Shown here: one piece after another, positions 1-12,370 of the stretch | How positions within the stretch are numbered: position 1 is the first letter of the stretch | How the letters are laid out: each line of letters opens with the position of its first letter | Source of the DNA: Mobula hypostoma | Taxonomy: Eukaryota | Direction: 5' to 3' | Assembly (NCBI RefSeq): GCF_963921235.1 | Contig: NC_086097.1 | Span: 220,474,001 to 220,538,000 of the forward strand | DNA length: 64,000 nucleotides | The notes under the pieces: generated by a model | The model's database searches: none | Told to the model about the DNA's origin: nothing | Seen by the model: the letters and a program-made list of their open reading frames with translations, nothing else | Position numbers and translations under genes: made by a program

Positions 1-175
1 GTGCAGGTTTTCTCTGGGTGCTCCAGCTTTCCTCTCACAATCCACAGACGTACCACGTAGGTTAACTGGTCACTACAAATTGTCCTGTGATTAGGTTAGG
101 GTTAAATTGGGGTTGTCGGGCTTGCTGGGCAGTGCAGTTTGAAGGGCCAGAAGGACCTATTTCACACTGCATCAT
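1..175 (+). mobile_element. V-SINE (HE1-like) fragment
   Basis: V-SINE central domain: GGTTTTCTCTGGGTGCTCCAGCTTTCCTCTCACAATCCACAGAC...GGTTAACTGGTCACTACAAATTGTCC. Confidence 0.75.
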
Positions 176-513
176 AAAATTTTGCCAGCAATTTGAGCTG
201 TAGCACTTGCTAATACAGCATTCAAAAATCAAGGCTCACACAGCAAAATACTAACGATTTCTGGAAAGCATGAATAAAACTGGTCGGAGAAAGCAAGGGC
301 ATTCCATTTAATAGGGAGTCAAAAAAAATAGGAGTTAGTAAACATTAAAGTAGCTGAAATTAAATTAAAACTTCAAACATAGCAGTCTCATCAGAATTGC
401 AAAGTTTCAAGCGCACCATTAATCTGTCTAAGTGCTTTAAATATACCGTTGGATTTATAGTACATTACTCGTATTTATTTTAGATTTGAAGCTTGAATTT
501 TTACTTTACAGTA

Positions 514-2263
514 ACCATAGAACCATAGAAACTACAGCACAGAAACAGGCCCTTTGGCCCTTCTTGGCTGTGCCGAGCCATTTTCTGCCTAGTCCCACTG
601 ACCTGCACACGGACCATATCCCTCCATACACCTCCCATCCATGTATCTGTCCAATTTATTCTTAAATGTTAAAAAAGCCGCATTTACCACCTCGTCTGGC
701 AGCTCATTCCATACTCCCACAACTCTCTGTGTGAAGAAGCCCCCCCCTAATGTTCTCTTTAAACTTTTCCCCCCTCACCCTTAACCCATGTCCTCTGGTT
801 TTTTTTCTCCCCTTGCTTCAGTGGAAAAAGCCTGCTTGCATTCACTCTATCTATACTCATCATAATTTTATATACCTCTATCAAATCTCCCCTCATTCTT
901 CTACGCTCCAGGGAATAAAGTCCTAACCTATTCAATCTTTCTCTGTAACTGAGTTTCTCAAGTCCCAGCAACATCCTTGTAAACCTTCTCTGCACTCTTT
1001 CAACCTTATTTATATCCTTCCTGTAATTTGGTGACCAAAACTGAACACAATACTCCAGATTCGGCCTCACCAATGCCTTATACAACCTCATCATAACATT
1101 CCAGCTCTTATACTCAATACTTCGATTAATAAAGGCCAATGTACCAAAAGCTCTCTTTACGACCCTATCTACCTGTGACGACACTTTTAGGGAATTTTGT
1201 ATCTGTATTCCCAGATCCGTCTGTTCCACTGCACTCCTCAGTGCCTTACCATTAACCCTGTATGTTCTACATTGGTTTGTCCTTCCAACGTGCAATACCT
1301 CACACTTGTCAGTATTAAACTCCATCTGCCATTTTTCAGCCCATTTTTCCAGCTGGTCCAAGTCCCTCTGCAGGCTCTGAAAACCTTCCTCACTGTCTAC
1401 TACACCTCCAATCTTTGTATCATCAGCAAACTTGCTGATCCAATTTACCACATTATCATCCAGATCATTGATATAGATGACAAATAACAATGGACCCAGC
1501 GCTGATCCCTGTGGCACACCACTAGTCACAGGCCTCCACTCAGAGAAGCAATCCTCTACCACCACTCTCTGGCTTCTTCCATCGAGCCAATGTCTAATCC
1601 AATTTACCACCTCTCCATGTATACCTAGCGACTGAATTTTCCTAACTAACCTCCCATGCGGGACCTTGTCAAAGGCCTTACTGAAGTCCATGTAGACAAT
1701 ATCCACTGCCTTCCCTTCATCCACTTTCCTGGTAACCTCCTCGAAAAACTCCAACAGATTGGTCAAACATGACCTACCACGCACAAAGCCATGTTGACTC
1801 TCCCTAATAAGCCCCTGTCTATCCAAATGCTTGTAGATTCTGTCTCTTAGTACTCCCTCCAATAACTTACCTACTACTGATGTTAAACTCACCGGCCTAT
1901 AATTTCCCGGATTATTTTTCGATCCTTTTTTAAACAACGGAACAACATGAGCCACTCTCCAATCCTCAGGCACTTCACCCGTAGACAGCGACATTTTAAA
2001 TATTTCTGCCAGGGCCCCCGCAATTTCAACACTAGTCTCCTTCAAGGTCCGAGCGAACACACTCTGTCAGGTCCTGGGGATTTATCCACTTTAATTTTCC
2101 TCAAGACAGCAAGCACCTCCTCCTTTTCAATCTGTACAGTTTCCATGGTCTCGCTACTTGATTCCCTCAATTCCATAGATTTCATGCCAGCTTCCTTAGT
2201 AAATACAGTCACAAAAAACCTATTTAAGATCTCCCCCATTTCCTTTGGTTCCGCACAAAGCCG
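514..2263 (-). mobile_element. CR1 LINE, 5'-truncated, young; RT domain open for 433 aa
   Basis: ORF 759..2060 has NYRPVSLTS, QHGF, DFSKAFDKV, GVPQGS, FADD; 3' tail (TTCTATGG)n at ~514-530; frameshifts near 2050 and 800. Confidence 0.95.
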
Positions 2264-2309
2264 AATAAATTGCTCAAATCATTTTATAGTGTATACTAGA
2301 AACCCTCAC

Positions 2310-2450
2310 CTTCATGATGATGCCTCTTAGCAAATGCAATCTCTTTGTCATTTTGTAGGTGAAATCTTTGAATGCACCTTCGCACTAAGTCTTCCCAGCC
2401 TGGCTTCATTGATGCACGTAATGCATTTATATCCAGAGATTTTAGTTTGC
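2310..2450 (-). CDS. NCOA2: NCOA2 coding exon 7, PAS-B ([47 protein letters not shown])
   Basis: ORF 2296..2544; acceptor acaag|GC, donor G|gtgagg; 141 nt; [14 protein letters not shown] motif. Confidence 0.96.
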
Positions 2451-2554
2451 CTTGTTTTTTTTCAAAAAAAAAGAGAACGATAAAGAAACTAATCTCATAT
2501 GTCAAATTTCCAAAATGAGAAATTCCCAAATTTAAAAGAGTCATATTATTTTAC

Positions 2555-2656
2555 CTGATAAATCATGTTTTGTGGTAAAACTTTCAGTATTAGCGAATTG
2601 TGACCTCTCCTTCACAGGAACTCTCCTTGCAACACAGATTAAACAGGACTGCAAAT
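2555..2656 (-). CDS. NCOA2: NCOA2 coding exon 6 ([35 protein letters not shown])
   Basis: Not in the ORF track; read by hand: ctctcag|AT TTG CAG TCC TGT...TTA TCA G|gtaaaa; 102 nt. Confidence 0.96.
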
Positions 2657-2717
2657 CTGAGAGCAGGAAAAAATACATTTCATTAAAGTTTAAAACTTCA
2701 TTATGTCACACCAGAAA

Positions 2718-2888
2718 AATAGAAAACCTACAGCACAATACAGGCCCTTTGGCCCACAAAGCTGGGCCGAACATATCCTTACCTGAGAAATTACCAACGC
2801 TTACCCATAGCCCTCTATTTTTCTGAGCTCCATATACCTGTCCAGGAGTCTCTTATAAGACCTTATCGTATCCGCCTCCACCACCGTC
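2718..2888 (-). mobile_element. CR1 3' end fragment
   Basis: Similar to the CR1 3'UTR at 514-720 (TACAGCAC...ACAGGCCCTTTGGCCC). Confidence 0.75.
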
Positions 2889-4829
2889 AGAGAAGTTGGC
2901 AATTAATTATAATGCACAAAACTTGTAAGTGCAACAATCACTGCTACACCAAGTACAAGTCATTACCTAAATTCAATCAGAAAAACTATAGTATTTGTCA
3001 TGGGCTGTAGAGTGTTAGAAAGTTTATTCAATTTGATCCCCTGGGCAAAGCCCTGTCCTTCAAAGCAGATGCTGCGCATGATGCAAAGACCAGATATTCT
3101 GGCATTGGGACAGATCTGGAAACAATATCCAGGATGATCATAAATGTCCTGTCATCGCTAATGGACTGGACTCTGAAAATTTGATCTCGTTCCTCAATCA
3201 CACTTTGTTTCCTCGTGCACCAGGAGAGCAGCGTGGCCACTGTTCTCAAGTTTGAACAAAGAAATGCCATTTTTATACAGAATTCACTCGTTGAATACAG
3301 ATACCATTTGGTAACCTTGGGCATGTTCAAAATCCTTATTTGCATGACACTACACCAATCACACTATAATAATACCAGAATTAATAGCCGATGTTAAAGG
3401 CCAGTAATACTTCAGAATTAGTAAAGTAACTGAACAATAGCAAGTGTCACCCTAGGATCCTCCCTGTGTATCCTTATCTTGTCTCAGTGTATCATATGGC
3501 TCCAGTCCCCTGCTGTGCAAAAAGAAGTTACACTCTTCAACAATCTCTTTTAAAAGACTTTTCTTGCTTGGAGTGACTGCATATTATTTGTAAACTATCC
3601 TTGCCTGGACATTACCTTAACCCTTACCTTGCTGCAACTTCCACAATCCCCCAAAGTTCTCAGATACCAGTAATGGCACACATCTTTGCCAGTTTACATT
3701 ATCAAACAAAATTGGGAAAAGATTATTGGTGCCACCGACAAGCACGCGTTTTGGAAAAATGTATTTAAAATAATTGGTCTCCTATTTCTGGAGCCTTTTG
3801 GGAATAAAGAAATTGGAAAGAAAACTGAGAACTTCATATACCGTCTAAGTTCTAATTTATTACGCAGATTTGTCCTTACTTAAGAAATTCGTGGCTCAAT
3901 ACAACGGAGGCTAGCACTAAGGTATAAAAATTCACATTTCAGGGACCCCCATCTTGGGAATAAATATAACCAAAAACAAGTTAAAGTACTTGACAAGCTT
4001 AGTCAAGAGCTCTTATTGACATTCATTTCCCGTGTTATCCATTCTGCAGCATGCCAGTTAGTTTCACATTGTGGGAACTTCAGGATTATGGAGATTATCT
4101 GTCAAATCTGTCCCTGCTTGGACTTCCTTAAACTCAATGATACAAGCTGGATATGAAACCAGTGCCTGCGCGCGACTATCAATGCCAAATCCACTTACAT
4201 GCAGCTTATCACATCTATCAGAGGAGCTCTGAAATTTTTATACAACATGCATGGTAACTCTGCTGATGATATCTGATGCAGTTAGCCTCCCCTCAGCCCA
4301 TCTCATCCATAATTTAACAGCTACATTCACACACAAAGTCATAAGATTATAAATTAGAATAACATTCCACTAGCCTGGCCGTCTATTACCCAATCTCATT
4401 TGTCACTTCCTGCTTATTTTATTGATGCAACTATTTTTTTTAGTTCTAAGATTATAGACCCATTGAAAACCAACTACTCGATTATTCATCTACCCACGAC
4501 CCCACTTTTTCCATCTCAGGTTCAAAATGAGAGTAACTCCTTTATGTCAAAAAAAAAGTCTGTCTCTGTAGAAATGCCACTAATTCCACTTCCCTTGTCT
4601 ATTCTGCTTCTTCTTCTGACCCTTACAGGGGGGTAGAGGTAGGGGCAGGAATGGAGGTTGCATCAAGAGATTATTTTAAAATGCACGCAAATTACACCCA
4701 GCTTTATCATAACGGTTGATATGACAAACCGAGATTTGCTATCACCCAACAGTGTTAAACACAACATTATTTTCATCTTGGTTTCTGCCTCTATTTAAAA
4801 TCCAAACCAAAATTATTTGATGGCAAGAG

Positions 4830-5602
4830 GCCAATGGAACTGTAATACCAGAGGGCATACATTTTACATTTAAATTGAGAGGGGGTTGTTTCATGCATAC
4901 GGGGCACATACTGCATATCTCATTTTTTAGAGAGAGTGTTGTGGGTGCCAGGGTGGTTTAGAGGCAAATATGATAGAGGCATTCAAGGGGCTCATAAATG
5001 AGCACATGAATGTACAGAAAATAGAAAGATATGAACATTGTGCATATCTTGTGAACTGTGAAGTCTGATTTACTGATTTATTGATAGGCACCAGAGGAGC
5101 TGTGTGGCCTCAGCTGTAGTGAGGATAGGCCTCAAGCCGAGGTATTGCCCATTTACAGTTGCCCAGGGGAGAAGTGTTGGAGTCAGTATGCTCCACTGGA
5201 GGGTGGTGTAGCGTGATGGCTAGAGTCAGTGCTGACCCCCGGTGTTAACTCGGCAAATGACAAGCTCTATTGTGTTCAACTGCAGACTGCTGCTACATTC
5301 ATGGACTCAGGGTCTTGGACAATATATATTTTTACTGTGCCTGTATCTTCCTAATATCATATGTGTGCTATATGTGCCTTGTCTCGTGTGTGACTGTTAG
5401 TATTGTGTTTTGCACCTTGGCCCAGGAGTAATGCAGTTTCGTTTGGCTGTATTCTTGAGTACTCGTTTACGGCTGAATGACAAACTTGAAATTGATTATG
5501 AAGGCATAACGGTTTAGTTTGGTTGGGCATTTGATTATGTAGTTTGGTAAAACGTTTTAGGATGAATGGCCTGTTTCTGTGCTGGACTGTTCTATGTTCT
5601 AA
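4830..5602 (+). mobile_element. CR1 3' fragment split by an unclassified ~450-bp insertion (~5045-5500)
   Basis: 4830-5044 and 5500-5602 join to give the same 3'UTR seen intact at 51390-51520, ending TTCTATGTTCT. Confidence 0.65.
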
Positions 5603-6339
5603 CAAGTATTTGCTACTGCACGTTTATTTATTTTATCTTGTTGAAGATCTTGCAAATGAAACAATGAATATTTTTGCTGATGACTGAAAACCACATGTTA
5701 TTGGTGAGTAGCTGATTTTCTGAGAGACACAAGACGTTGCAACAGTGAGGAGTGCGTCAATCTTACCCGACATGCACTATTCATAAGTTTGTATTAGTCA
5801 ACTAACACAATCATGATATAGAATCTCACAACCTGGAGACGATACAGAAGAACATAATACAGAATATTGTTTCCACGTGAGTGAATTTCTGCTTGACAAA
5901 ACAGAAAGTTCTGGAAATTCTGCTGTGCTTGCTAGGCACTGCTGTGGAACATCAGATGTTTCAGTCACTGGGCCATGTTGTGCTCAACACCAAAGGCATG
6001 GGCGCAGCTGACAGAAATTTATACATCTCTGGGAACGTAACGGGTAGTCATGTCTGTGGACCAGATTGGTTGATGATGTGGTTGGCTGCCAGAAGCCCAG
6101 TCAGTGGCAGTGGGCTCCTAAGGAGCCAACTGTGCTTGATGCTTTGAGCAGTGGTGAGTGGGATCATGCAGAGGGCCAGGGGTGGTGAGGAGGTAAAGTG
6201 GATATTTTGGGGGGGGGGGGGCGGAATAAGGTACGGAGATCATCATCATCAATTGTGTTCTTTGTCAAAAGTGAGTACTTGGGTGAAGATCAAAAGAGCT
6301 GCTGGACAAGGGTTGAAAGGTAAATGGGTATGCGGGCTC

Positions 6340-6510
6340 AAATCCTTCAAAGCAATGAGGTGAACTTGAAGAGATATTTGGTTAAGTACATGGATGGCAG
6401 TAGTATGGAGGGCTATGGTCAAGGTGTGGGTTGCTGGAACCAGGCAGAATAAGAGTTTGGCATGCACTAGATGGGCTGAAAGGCCTGCTTACGTGCTCTA
6501 TGACCCTGTT
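6340..6510 (+). mobile_element. CR1 3' fragment
   Basis: TACATGGATGG...GGAGGGCTATGG...GATGGGCTGAAAGGCCTG matches other CR1 tails in the window. Confidence 0.6.
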
Positions 6511-6609
6511 GACTAAAATGCTGTTTCCATGACAAAAGGCCTGTTTGCTCCAAAAGGCCCGTTGCATGGGGACATGTTAGCCTATGCATAAAAGACATGG
6601 AAATCATCA

Positions 6610-6900
6610 TTTAGTCACAGAAATATACAGCACAGAAACAGGTCCTTCAGTCCACTGAGTCTGTGCAGGCTTATTCTTCTCACTTCCTCCACCTCAGCCC
6701 TTCCCTAAACCATAGGCACAACTTACAACCCATTAATACCAACCGACGTCTTTGGGACATGGGTGGAAACCAGAGAAGCCAAAGGAAACCGATGTGGTAA
6801 CGAGGATAAAGTATGAACTCCAGACTGACTGAAGCAGAGGTCAGGGGTGAAACTGCGTTGCTGCCTTAAGCCATGAGGAAGCAGCATCGCGCCACCTGGG
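6610..6900 (-). mobile_element. V-SINE with CR1-like tail, degenerate
   Basis: Reverse complement of the V-SINE core (GTCTTTGGGACATGGGTGGAAACCAGAG) next to a CR1-type tail (CAGCACAGAAACAGG). Confidence 0.55.
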
Positions 6901-8608
6901 CAGAAAGGCAACTCACACCCAAGGTGCCCCACTGAATTTCTGCAGGGGCATGAATCACCTCGGAAATGGTTATCACACTGTTTTACTGCAAAAAACGTAT
7001 TTTCAATCGCACAGTTCTGAAAATAATGGCATTATATGACTTAATTGCTAACAGAGATTTCTCTTTATCACTATAATTTGAATTAAAGAGTGAAGATACA
7101 TATCCAATCAGCCTCGTATTCCCTTTTATGTAATGTATACCTGTTATATATTTTAAACTATAGTAAAGGTTAAATATGGATTATTTTTGTGTATAGCATG
7201 CTTTCGTTACTACACAATTTTTGAAGCAGCTGAGGTACAGTAGGTTTCTTTTAACACTCTCAAATGAAATGTTTTTGCTATGCATGTTTATAAATTATAA
7301 AAATAGTGGAACCTGGTATGTCAAACTGACAATCAAAATTTGAGAAGGATTAACATTTATATTTCTGGTACTTTGCTGTTCACTGTCCATTTAAACAAAA
7401 ACGTGGACATTTTCTAGTAAACATTTGAAGTATTTGTTATAATTTAAATGCAACTACTAAATTAATGGAAACTACTTTAAAGAGCAAAATGTGGTAAGTA
7501 TATTTGTTTTCCATAAGTAAAATATTGCATCTACAAGTTGCAGTCAAAGGAACAAGTTCTTCTACGATTAAAGGCAATATACTAGTATCCTGTTGGAACA
7601 CTGATTTAATTGTGTCAAATACTCCGCAACTGCCAAACAGGAAGAATTCTGGTTAAGCCAAACAAGTAGAACAGAAATAACATGATTTTTTTTTAAAGTT
7701 CCATCCTTTACATTAAATACTTTAAATGTTCCTTCTGTGTGCTTCGCTGTTATTTTACAGATTTTGTTCAACTTGAAGGAAGGAGATCATTTTATGGTTT
7801 GAGATTTTGGTAAAAGAGTGTACAATAAATCAGAGATGGACCAAATATAGTTAAATCAAATGAAATTTCTTTGTGACTATTAACTATGATAATTGTTTCT
7901 CTCCTTAGTTATGGCAAATTAGTTCAAAACACCAAAGCATCTCTTATCTTAATTATGTAGATATGGCTAACAGGATCTGAGGTAAGATGGTTTCACTGCT
8001 TCTGTTTTTGTATTATTTATTACTAATCAGATACAAGCTTTGCAATGAACTGTCAGATATATAACAGAGTGAGCAACTATTGCGTGGAACAAAACAATAT
8101 GAAGTTTCTATAAATTATCTCTTTTGCAATTTACATGCAGTAAAAAGAACATTCTGCTCCTAAAATACTAATGAAGCTCATTTAAAACACTTTAGCTTCA
8201 ATGGTTGCAAAAATTATGCTGATGTTGTAATGTTTACCAGCTTTTTTTTCCCTTCTCAAAGGCAGCCCTTGTTAAGGACCTGCCAATGTCCGGAAGACAA
8301 GCAGGAAGACTGACCCAAGGTTACCACAAACAGGAGCTGTAATGCAGCTATTAGGCGGAATGGATGCCTGACTTCCTTTTGCTCCCTGTGGGGATACACC
8401 CAATTTCGACACAGTGCTTCCACATGACTGCACGTACATGCATCCCATATAAGAACTAAAAGTGCAGATCTGTGCCCCATAACTCCATATAAACAAACGA
8501 CAATGCTTGCAATCTAGAGCCGTCATATTTACAGGTTTTTAAACACATTACAAGCGATTCAGTCATTGTGGGTTATCACAATGCCAAAGAGATTGCATGA
8601 AATCTGAC

Positions 8609-8797
8609 CTTCTCCCTCTTCTTTTATTGACTTTGGTTGAGATACAGCAAAACACTGCATAGTTTCATATTTTTGAGGTGCTTCCTGGTTATCATGGCCT
8701 TCCTCCTCAGCTTCACCAGGCGGTTTAACCAAAATACGACAATTAAAAGTGTGGCTGTTTCGTCTCGGGGCTTCACTGGACCAAGGCACCACATTAA
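8609..8797 (-). CDS. NCOA2: NCOA2 coding exon 5 ([63 protein letters not shown])
   Basis: ORF 8559..8924; acceptor tttcccag|, donor G|gtcaga; 189 nt; NCOA2-type [28 protein letters not shown]. Confidence 0.97.
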
Positions 8798-8990
8798 CTG
8801 GGAAATATAACAATTCATACACTTCAATATGAAATAGGAAAAATAATTTGTATACTGCAAAATGTAACATCTGTTTCATGTAGTTTTTGTATTCAATGTT
8901 AAAATATTCCATCATATGATGCATGTGCCACTGTTGCTATGTACAACTTAGAAGCAACTTACCAGCACATTTACATGCAGAAAATAATAG

Positions 8991-9168
8991 GCAAAGAACA
9001 TCCTGGAATTTTGCTTTTAATGTCTACAATAACAATCAGTAACCTGGAAGCCGGCTATTTTGAAACATGATTGGAATAAGCAAAGAATATCCTGGAATTT
9101 TGCTTTTAATGTCTACAATAACAATCAGTAACCTGGAAGCCGACTATTTTGAAACATGATTGGAATAA
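8991..9168. repeat. 89-bp tandem duplication (2 copies, 2 mismatches)
   Basis: GCAAAGAA(C/T)ATCCTGG...GATTGGAATAA at 8991-9079 and 9080-9168. Confidence 0.95.
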
Positions 9169-9707
9169 ATTTAGCCAGGTGGGATTTAATATATTAATTT
9201 GGTGATTTTATTCGGAGGCACAGCCTCTAGAATTGCATCACGACTTAGGTTGTGATTTATTTCATTGGTTCTTAGCAACCCAACTAACAGCAGGGTAGCT
9301 TCTGAACCTTGATGAGGCGAATGAAAATAAAGCTAACAGCCTATTTTTAAAGCGCATGTTTCAGCAGTAAGACCTTGGCAATCTACACTGTTCCAAGGCG
9401 TGCTACACTTGGTCAATGGACGAATATGCTGGTAGCCAGCAGGCAGAAAAGCGTGAAGGTCAAGGTGGGAGTACAGGATGCCAGGTGTTACTGCAGAGCC
9501 AAGGAGCACAGGGATAGCACACAACCTCAATTTACTCATTTAAAGACCTAAACATTAAAAAAAAAATCAAGGTGCCAATCAAAATATTCCTTACAAAATG
9601 GTAGCTGCAAAATAATCCAGCAATGTCAATTCTGAGCCACCAATAGCTGAGCAAACAACTAAAAAGTAACAGGTGAACAGACAACAGCACTTAAAACAGA
9701 TCCTCAC

Positions 9708-9885
9708 CGAGAGATTTAGGCAAAAGGTTTCTGACAAACTCTGCATGATCACCGACATGAAGAATGCTGTATACGCTGGAGTTTATAAGCTCCTCTTGGT
9801 TGTACTTCAGGTACTGGGTCACATTCTCAGATACAAACACGATGTTCCCTTCAAGATTGACCACAAAAAGAAATCCATCCAAAGC
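9708..9885 (-). CDS. NCOA2: NCOA2 coding exon 4, PAS-A ([59 protein letters not shown])
   Basis: ORF 9691..9882; acceptor aacag|GCT, donor G|gtgagg; 178 nt. Confidence 0.97.
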
Positions 9886-10261
9886 CTGTTAAGAACAGAA
9901 AATACAAAGTAAACACAAGTTTTTAAAGACATTCTCCCGTCTGACATAGTTTCCTGCTGAAATGTTAGAAAACTTGAGACTGTGGACAAATCAGTGGCAC
10001 TTTCATTTTCAAATCTAAAAATCCGTGTAAACATTTTTTTTCATCTACCTCTCAACACCTCAGAAGCTGCTTAGATATATGCAGGCCGTCAAACTAAAAC
10101 CAAGTCAATGCAGCCCTATGCATCCATACAACTTTATCAATTGACGTCACCTTGAGCTGACCCCTCCGCACATCTTCTGACTGACAGATGATGCAGCGTT
10201 CATTATGCACCCCTTCCACTGCAAAGCTGAGACTAGCAACAGACAATGGCCTATGTCTTAA

Positions 10262-10610
10262 GGGCTGCATCGTGGCACAGCTGATGGAGCCACTTCCTCA
10301 CAAGCCCCAGCGACCCGGATTCAGCACTGGCCTTCAATCCTGTGTGGATTTGACACTTCTCCCCTGTGGCCACATGGATTTCCACCAGGAGCACTCAAAG
10401 ACATGTAAGACTGGCAGGCTAATTCTTTATTGTAAATTACCCCTGATTGTAGGTGAGTGGTGGAATCTGAGGAGGGAGGGGGAGGACACAGTAAAGTGGG
10501 GGGTGAGAATGTAAAAGGAACAGCACAAGTTGATTGTAAATGTGTGCTCCATGACCAGAGCAGAGTTGGTGAGCTGAAGGGTCTGTTTCCATCCTATATA
10601 ATCTCTATGC
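10262..10610 (+). mobile_element. V-SINE (tRNA head, V core, CR1-like tail)
   Basis: GTGGCACAGCTG head; CTGTGTGGATTTG..CTTCTCCCCTGTGGCCACATGGATTTCC core; TTGTAAATTACCCC; GCTGAAGGGTCTGTTTCC tail. Confidence 0.7.
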
Positions 10611-10617
10611 CAAACAT

Positions 10618-10967
10618 CACTGGTCCCCAACCTCCGGGCCGCAGACCGATACACTGCCGCGAAGAATGCAGCCATGCAGCGGTAGTTGGAATGTGCCCAG
10701 CACATCTTTAAGAAAAAAGCCGAAATAAACAAGCTCATTGATTAGGTGCCGCCTGGCACGTAAATGTTGGCCCAGATCAGAGGCGACGCAATCGGCAATT
10801 GCCTCTGATCTGGGCCGACGTTTACATGCCAGGCGGCACCTGATCAATTAGCCTGTTTATTTTGGCTTTTTTCTTAAAGATGTGCAGGGTGCGTTCTGGC
10901 TACCGCTGTACCGCTGCATTCTTCACGGCGATGTATTGGTCTGCAGCACGGAGGTTGGGGACCACTA
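10618..10967. mobile_element. hAT (Charlie-type) palindromic MITE, 350 bp, 8-bp TSD CCAAACAT
   Basis: TIRs CACTGGTCCCCAACCTCCG / CGGAGGTTGGGGACCACTA; TSD at 10610-10617 and 10968-10975; nearly the whole element is an inverted repeat. Confidence 0.92.
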
Positions 10968-11099
10968 CCAAACATCAACCCATCCCATTGCTATGCCTAG
11001 TGCTAAATGATACTGCACACGAGTAGCACCTCTCCCTAACAACTCCAGAAGCTGGAAGTGAATAATCTTGAACCTCTGGATTCTGTGTGAAGTATCTCC

Positions 11100-11385
11100 T
11101 ACACCGCCACTGCAAGAGGAACATCTATCACGTCATTATTAGACCACTGAATGGTTCCTAGTATGATACGGTTGACTCTTTCCCTCACAATCAACATTGT
11201 TGTGGCCTAGTACATTATTGTCTGCCTACAATGCATTCTCTCTATAACTGTAACCTTTATTCTCCATTCCGTTATTGCTTTCCCTTGCACAACCTTAATG
11301 CAATGTTGTAATGAAATGATCTGTATGGACGGCACATAAAACAAAGTCTTTCCTGTACCTTGCTATTGACAATAATAAACCAATA
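11100..11385 (+). mobile_element. Rex1/L2-type LINE 3'UTR fragment (related copy ~13790-13985)
   Basis: GAAATGATCTGTATGGA block shared with 13900-13917; ends GACAATAATAAACCAAT. Confidence 0.5.
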
Positions 11386-11639
11386 TGTGCCTAAGCATCT
11401 AACTTGGAGGAAAACTCAGAAAACGGTGTCATCTCAGTCTTTCCTCATGAAGAAAGCTCTTGAGCGATTAGGTACTTTGTGCCTTGCAGTTGATTTATGG
11501 TGCAGCCAAGCAACTTTTATCTCACCTCTGGAACTCAGCTCTTTCATCCGTAATTCCGCCTAATACTGGATTAAGGCAGCTGTGATCATGTTTTGGTAAG
11601 GAGGTCAGATAATGTCAGTGAACCCTGTCTTCACTTTTT

Positions 11640-12370
11640 TTCCCTCTTTTTATTCATTTACGGAATGTGAGCATCGCCAGCTAAGCCAGCATTTATTGCC
11701 CATCCCTTGTTGCCCTGGAGAAGGTGGTGATGAGTTGCCTTCTTGAACCCCTGCAGTCCCTGAGATGCAGGTACACCCACAGTGCTGTTAGGAAAGGACT
11801 TCCATGATTTTGACCCAGCGACAATGAAGGAACAGTGATAAGTTTCCAAGTCAGGTTGGTGAGTGACTTGGAGGGGGATTTCCAAGTGGTGGTGTTCCCA
11901 GGTATCTGCTGTTCTCGCCCTTCTAGACCGTAGTGGCCGTGGGTCTGGAAGGTGCTGCCTTAGAAACTTTGGTGTGTTGTTGCAGTGCATCTTGTAGATG
12001 GTACACAATGCTACATCTGTTAGTCGACGGTGGAGGGATTGGATGTTCGTGAAAGTGGCACCAATCAAGTGGGCTGCCTTGTACTGGATGGTGTCAAGCT
12101 TTTTGAGTGTTGATGGAACTGCACTCATCCAGGCAAGTGGCGAGTATTCCATTACACTCCTGACCTCAGCCTTGTAGATGGTGGACAGGCTTTGGGGAGT
12201 CAGGAGGTGAGTTACAGCAGGATTCCCAGCCTTTCACCTGCTCTGGTAGCCACGGTGTTTATATGGCTAGACCAATTCAGTTTCCTGCCAATGGTAACTC
12301 CCCAGGATGCTGACAGTAGGGGATTCAGTGATGGTGATGCCACCAAATGTCACGGGATGATGGTTAGAGT
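11640..12370 (-). mobile_element. Non-LTR retrotransposon 3' fragment (CR1/L2 clade, a family distinct from the dominant CR1)
   Basis: ORF 11658..12152 MEYSPLAWMSA..LKKLDTIQ..A..LI..IQSLHRR resembles a post-RT C-terminus; AATAAA and A-rich tail at the left end. Confidence 0.75.

Noticed and set aside
759..2060. 433-aa ORF as a host gene or domesticated RT
   Set aside because: 5'-truncated CR1 ORF2 with frameshifts at both ends, no endonuclease domain and a typical CR1 tail.
6887..6903. CTCF-like motif (CCCAGGTGGCGC on minus)
   Set aside because: Partial match only, and it coincides with the head of a degenerate SINE.
8256..8526. Minus-strand ORFs as the missing NCOA2 exon
   Set aside because: No p160 similarity; the real exon ([12 protein letters not shown]) is at 2555-2656.
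8991..9168. CRISPR-like array
   Set aside because: Two contiguous copies with no spacers, in eukaryotic intron DNA.
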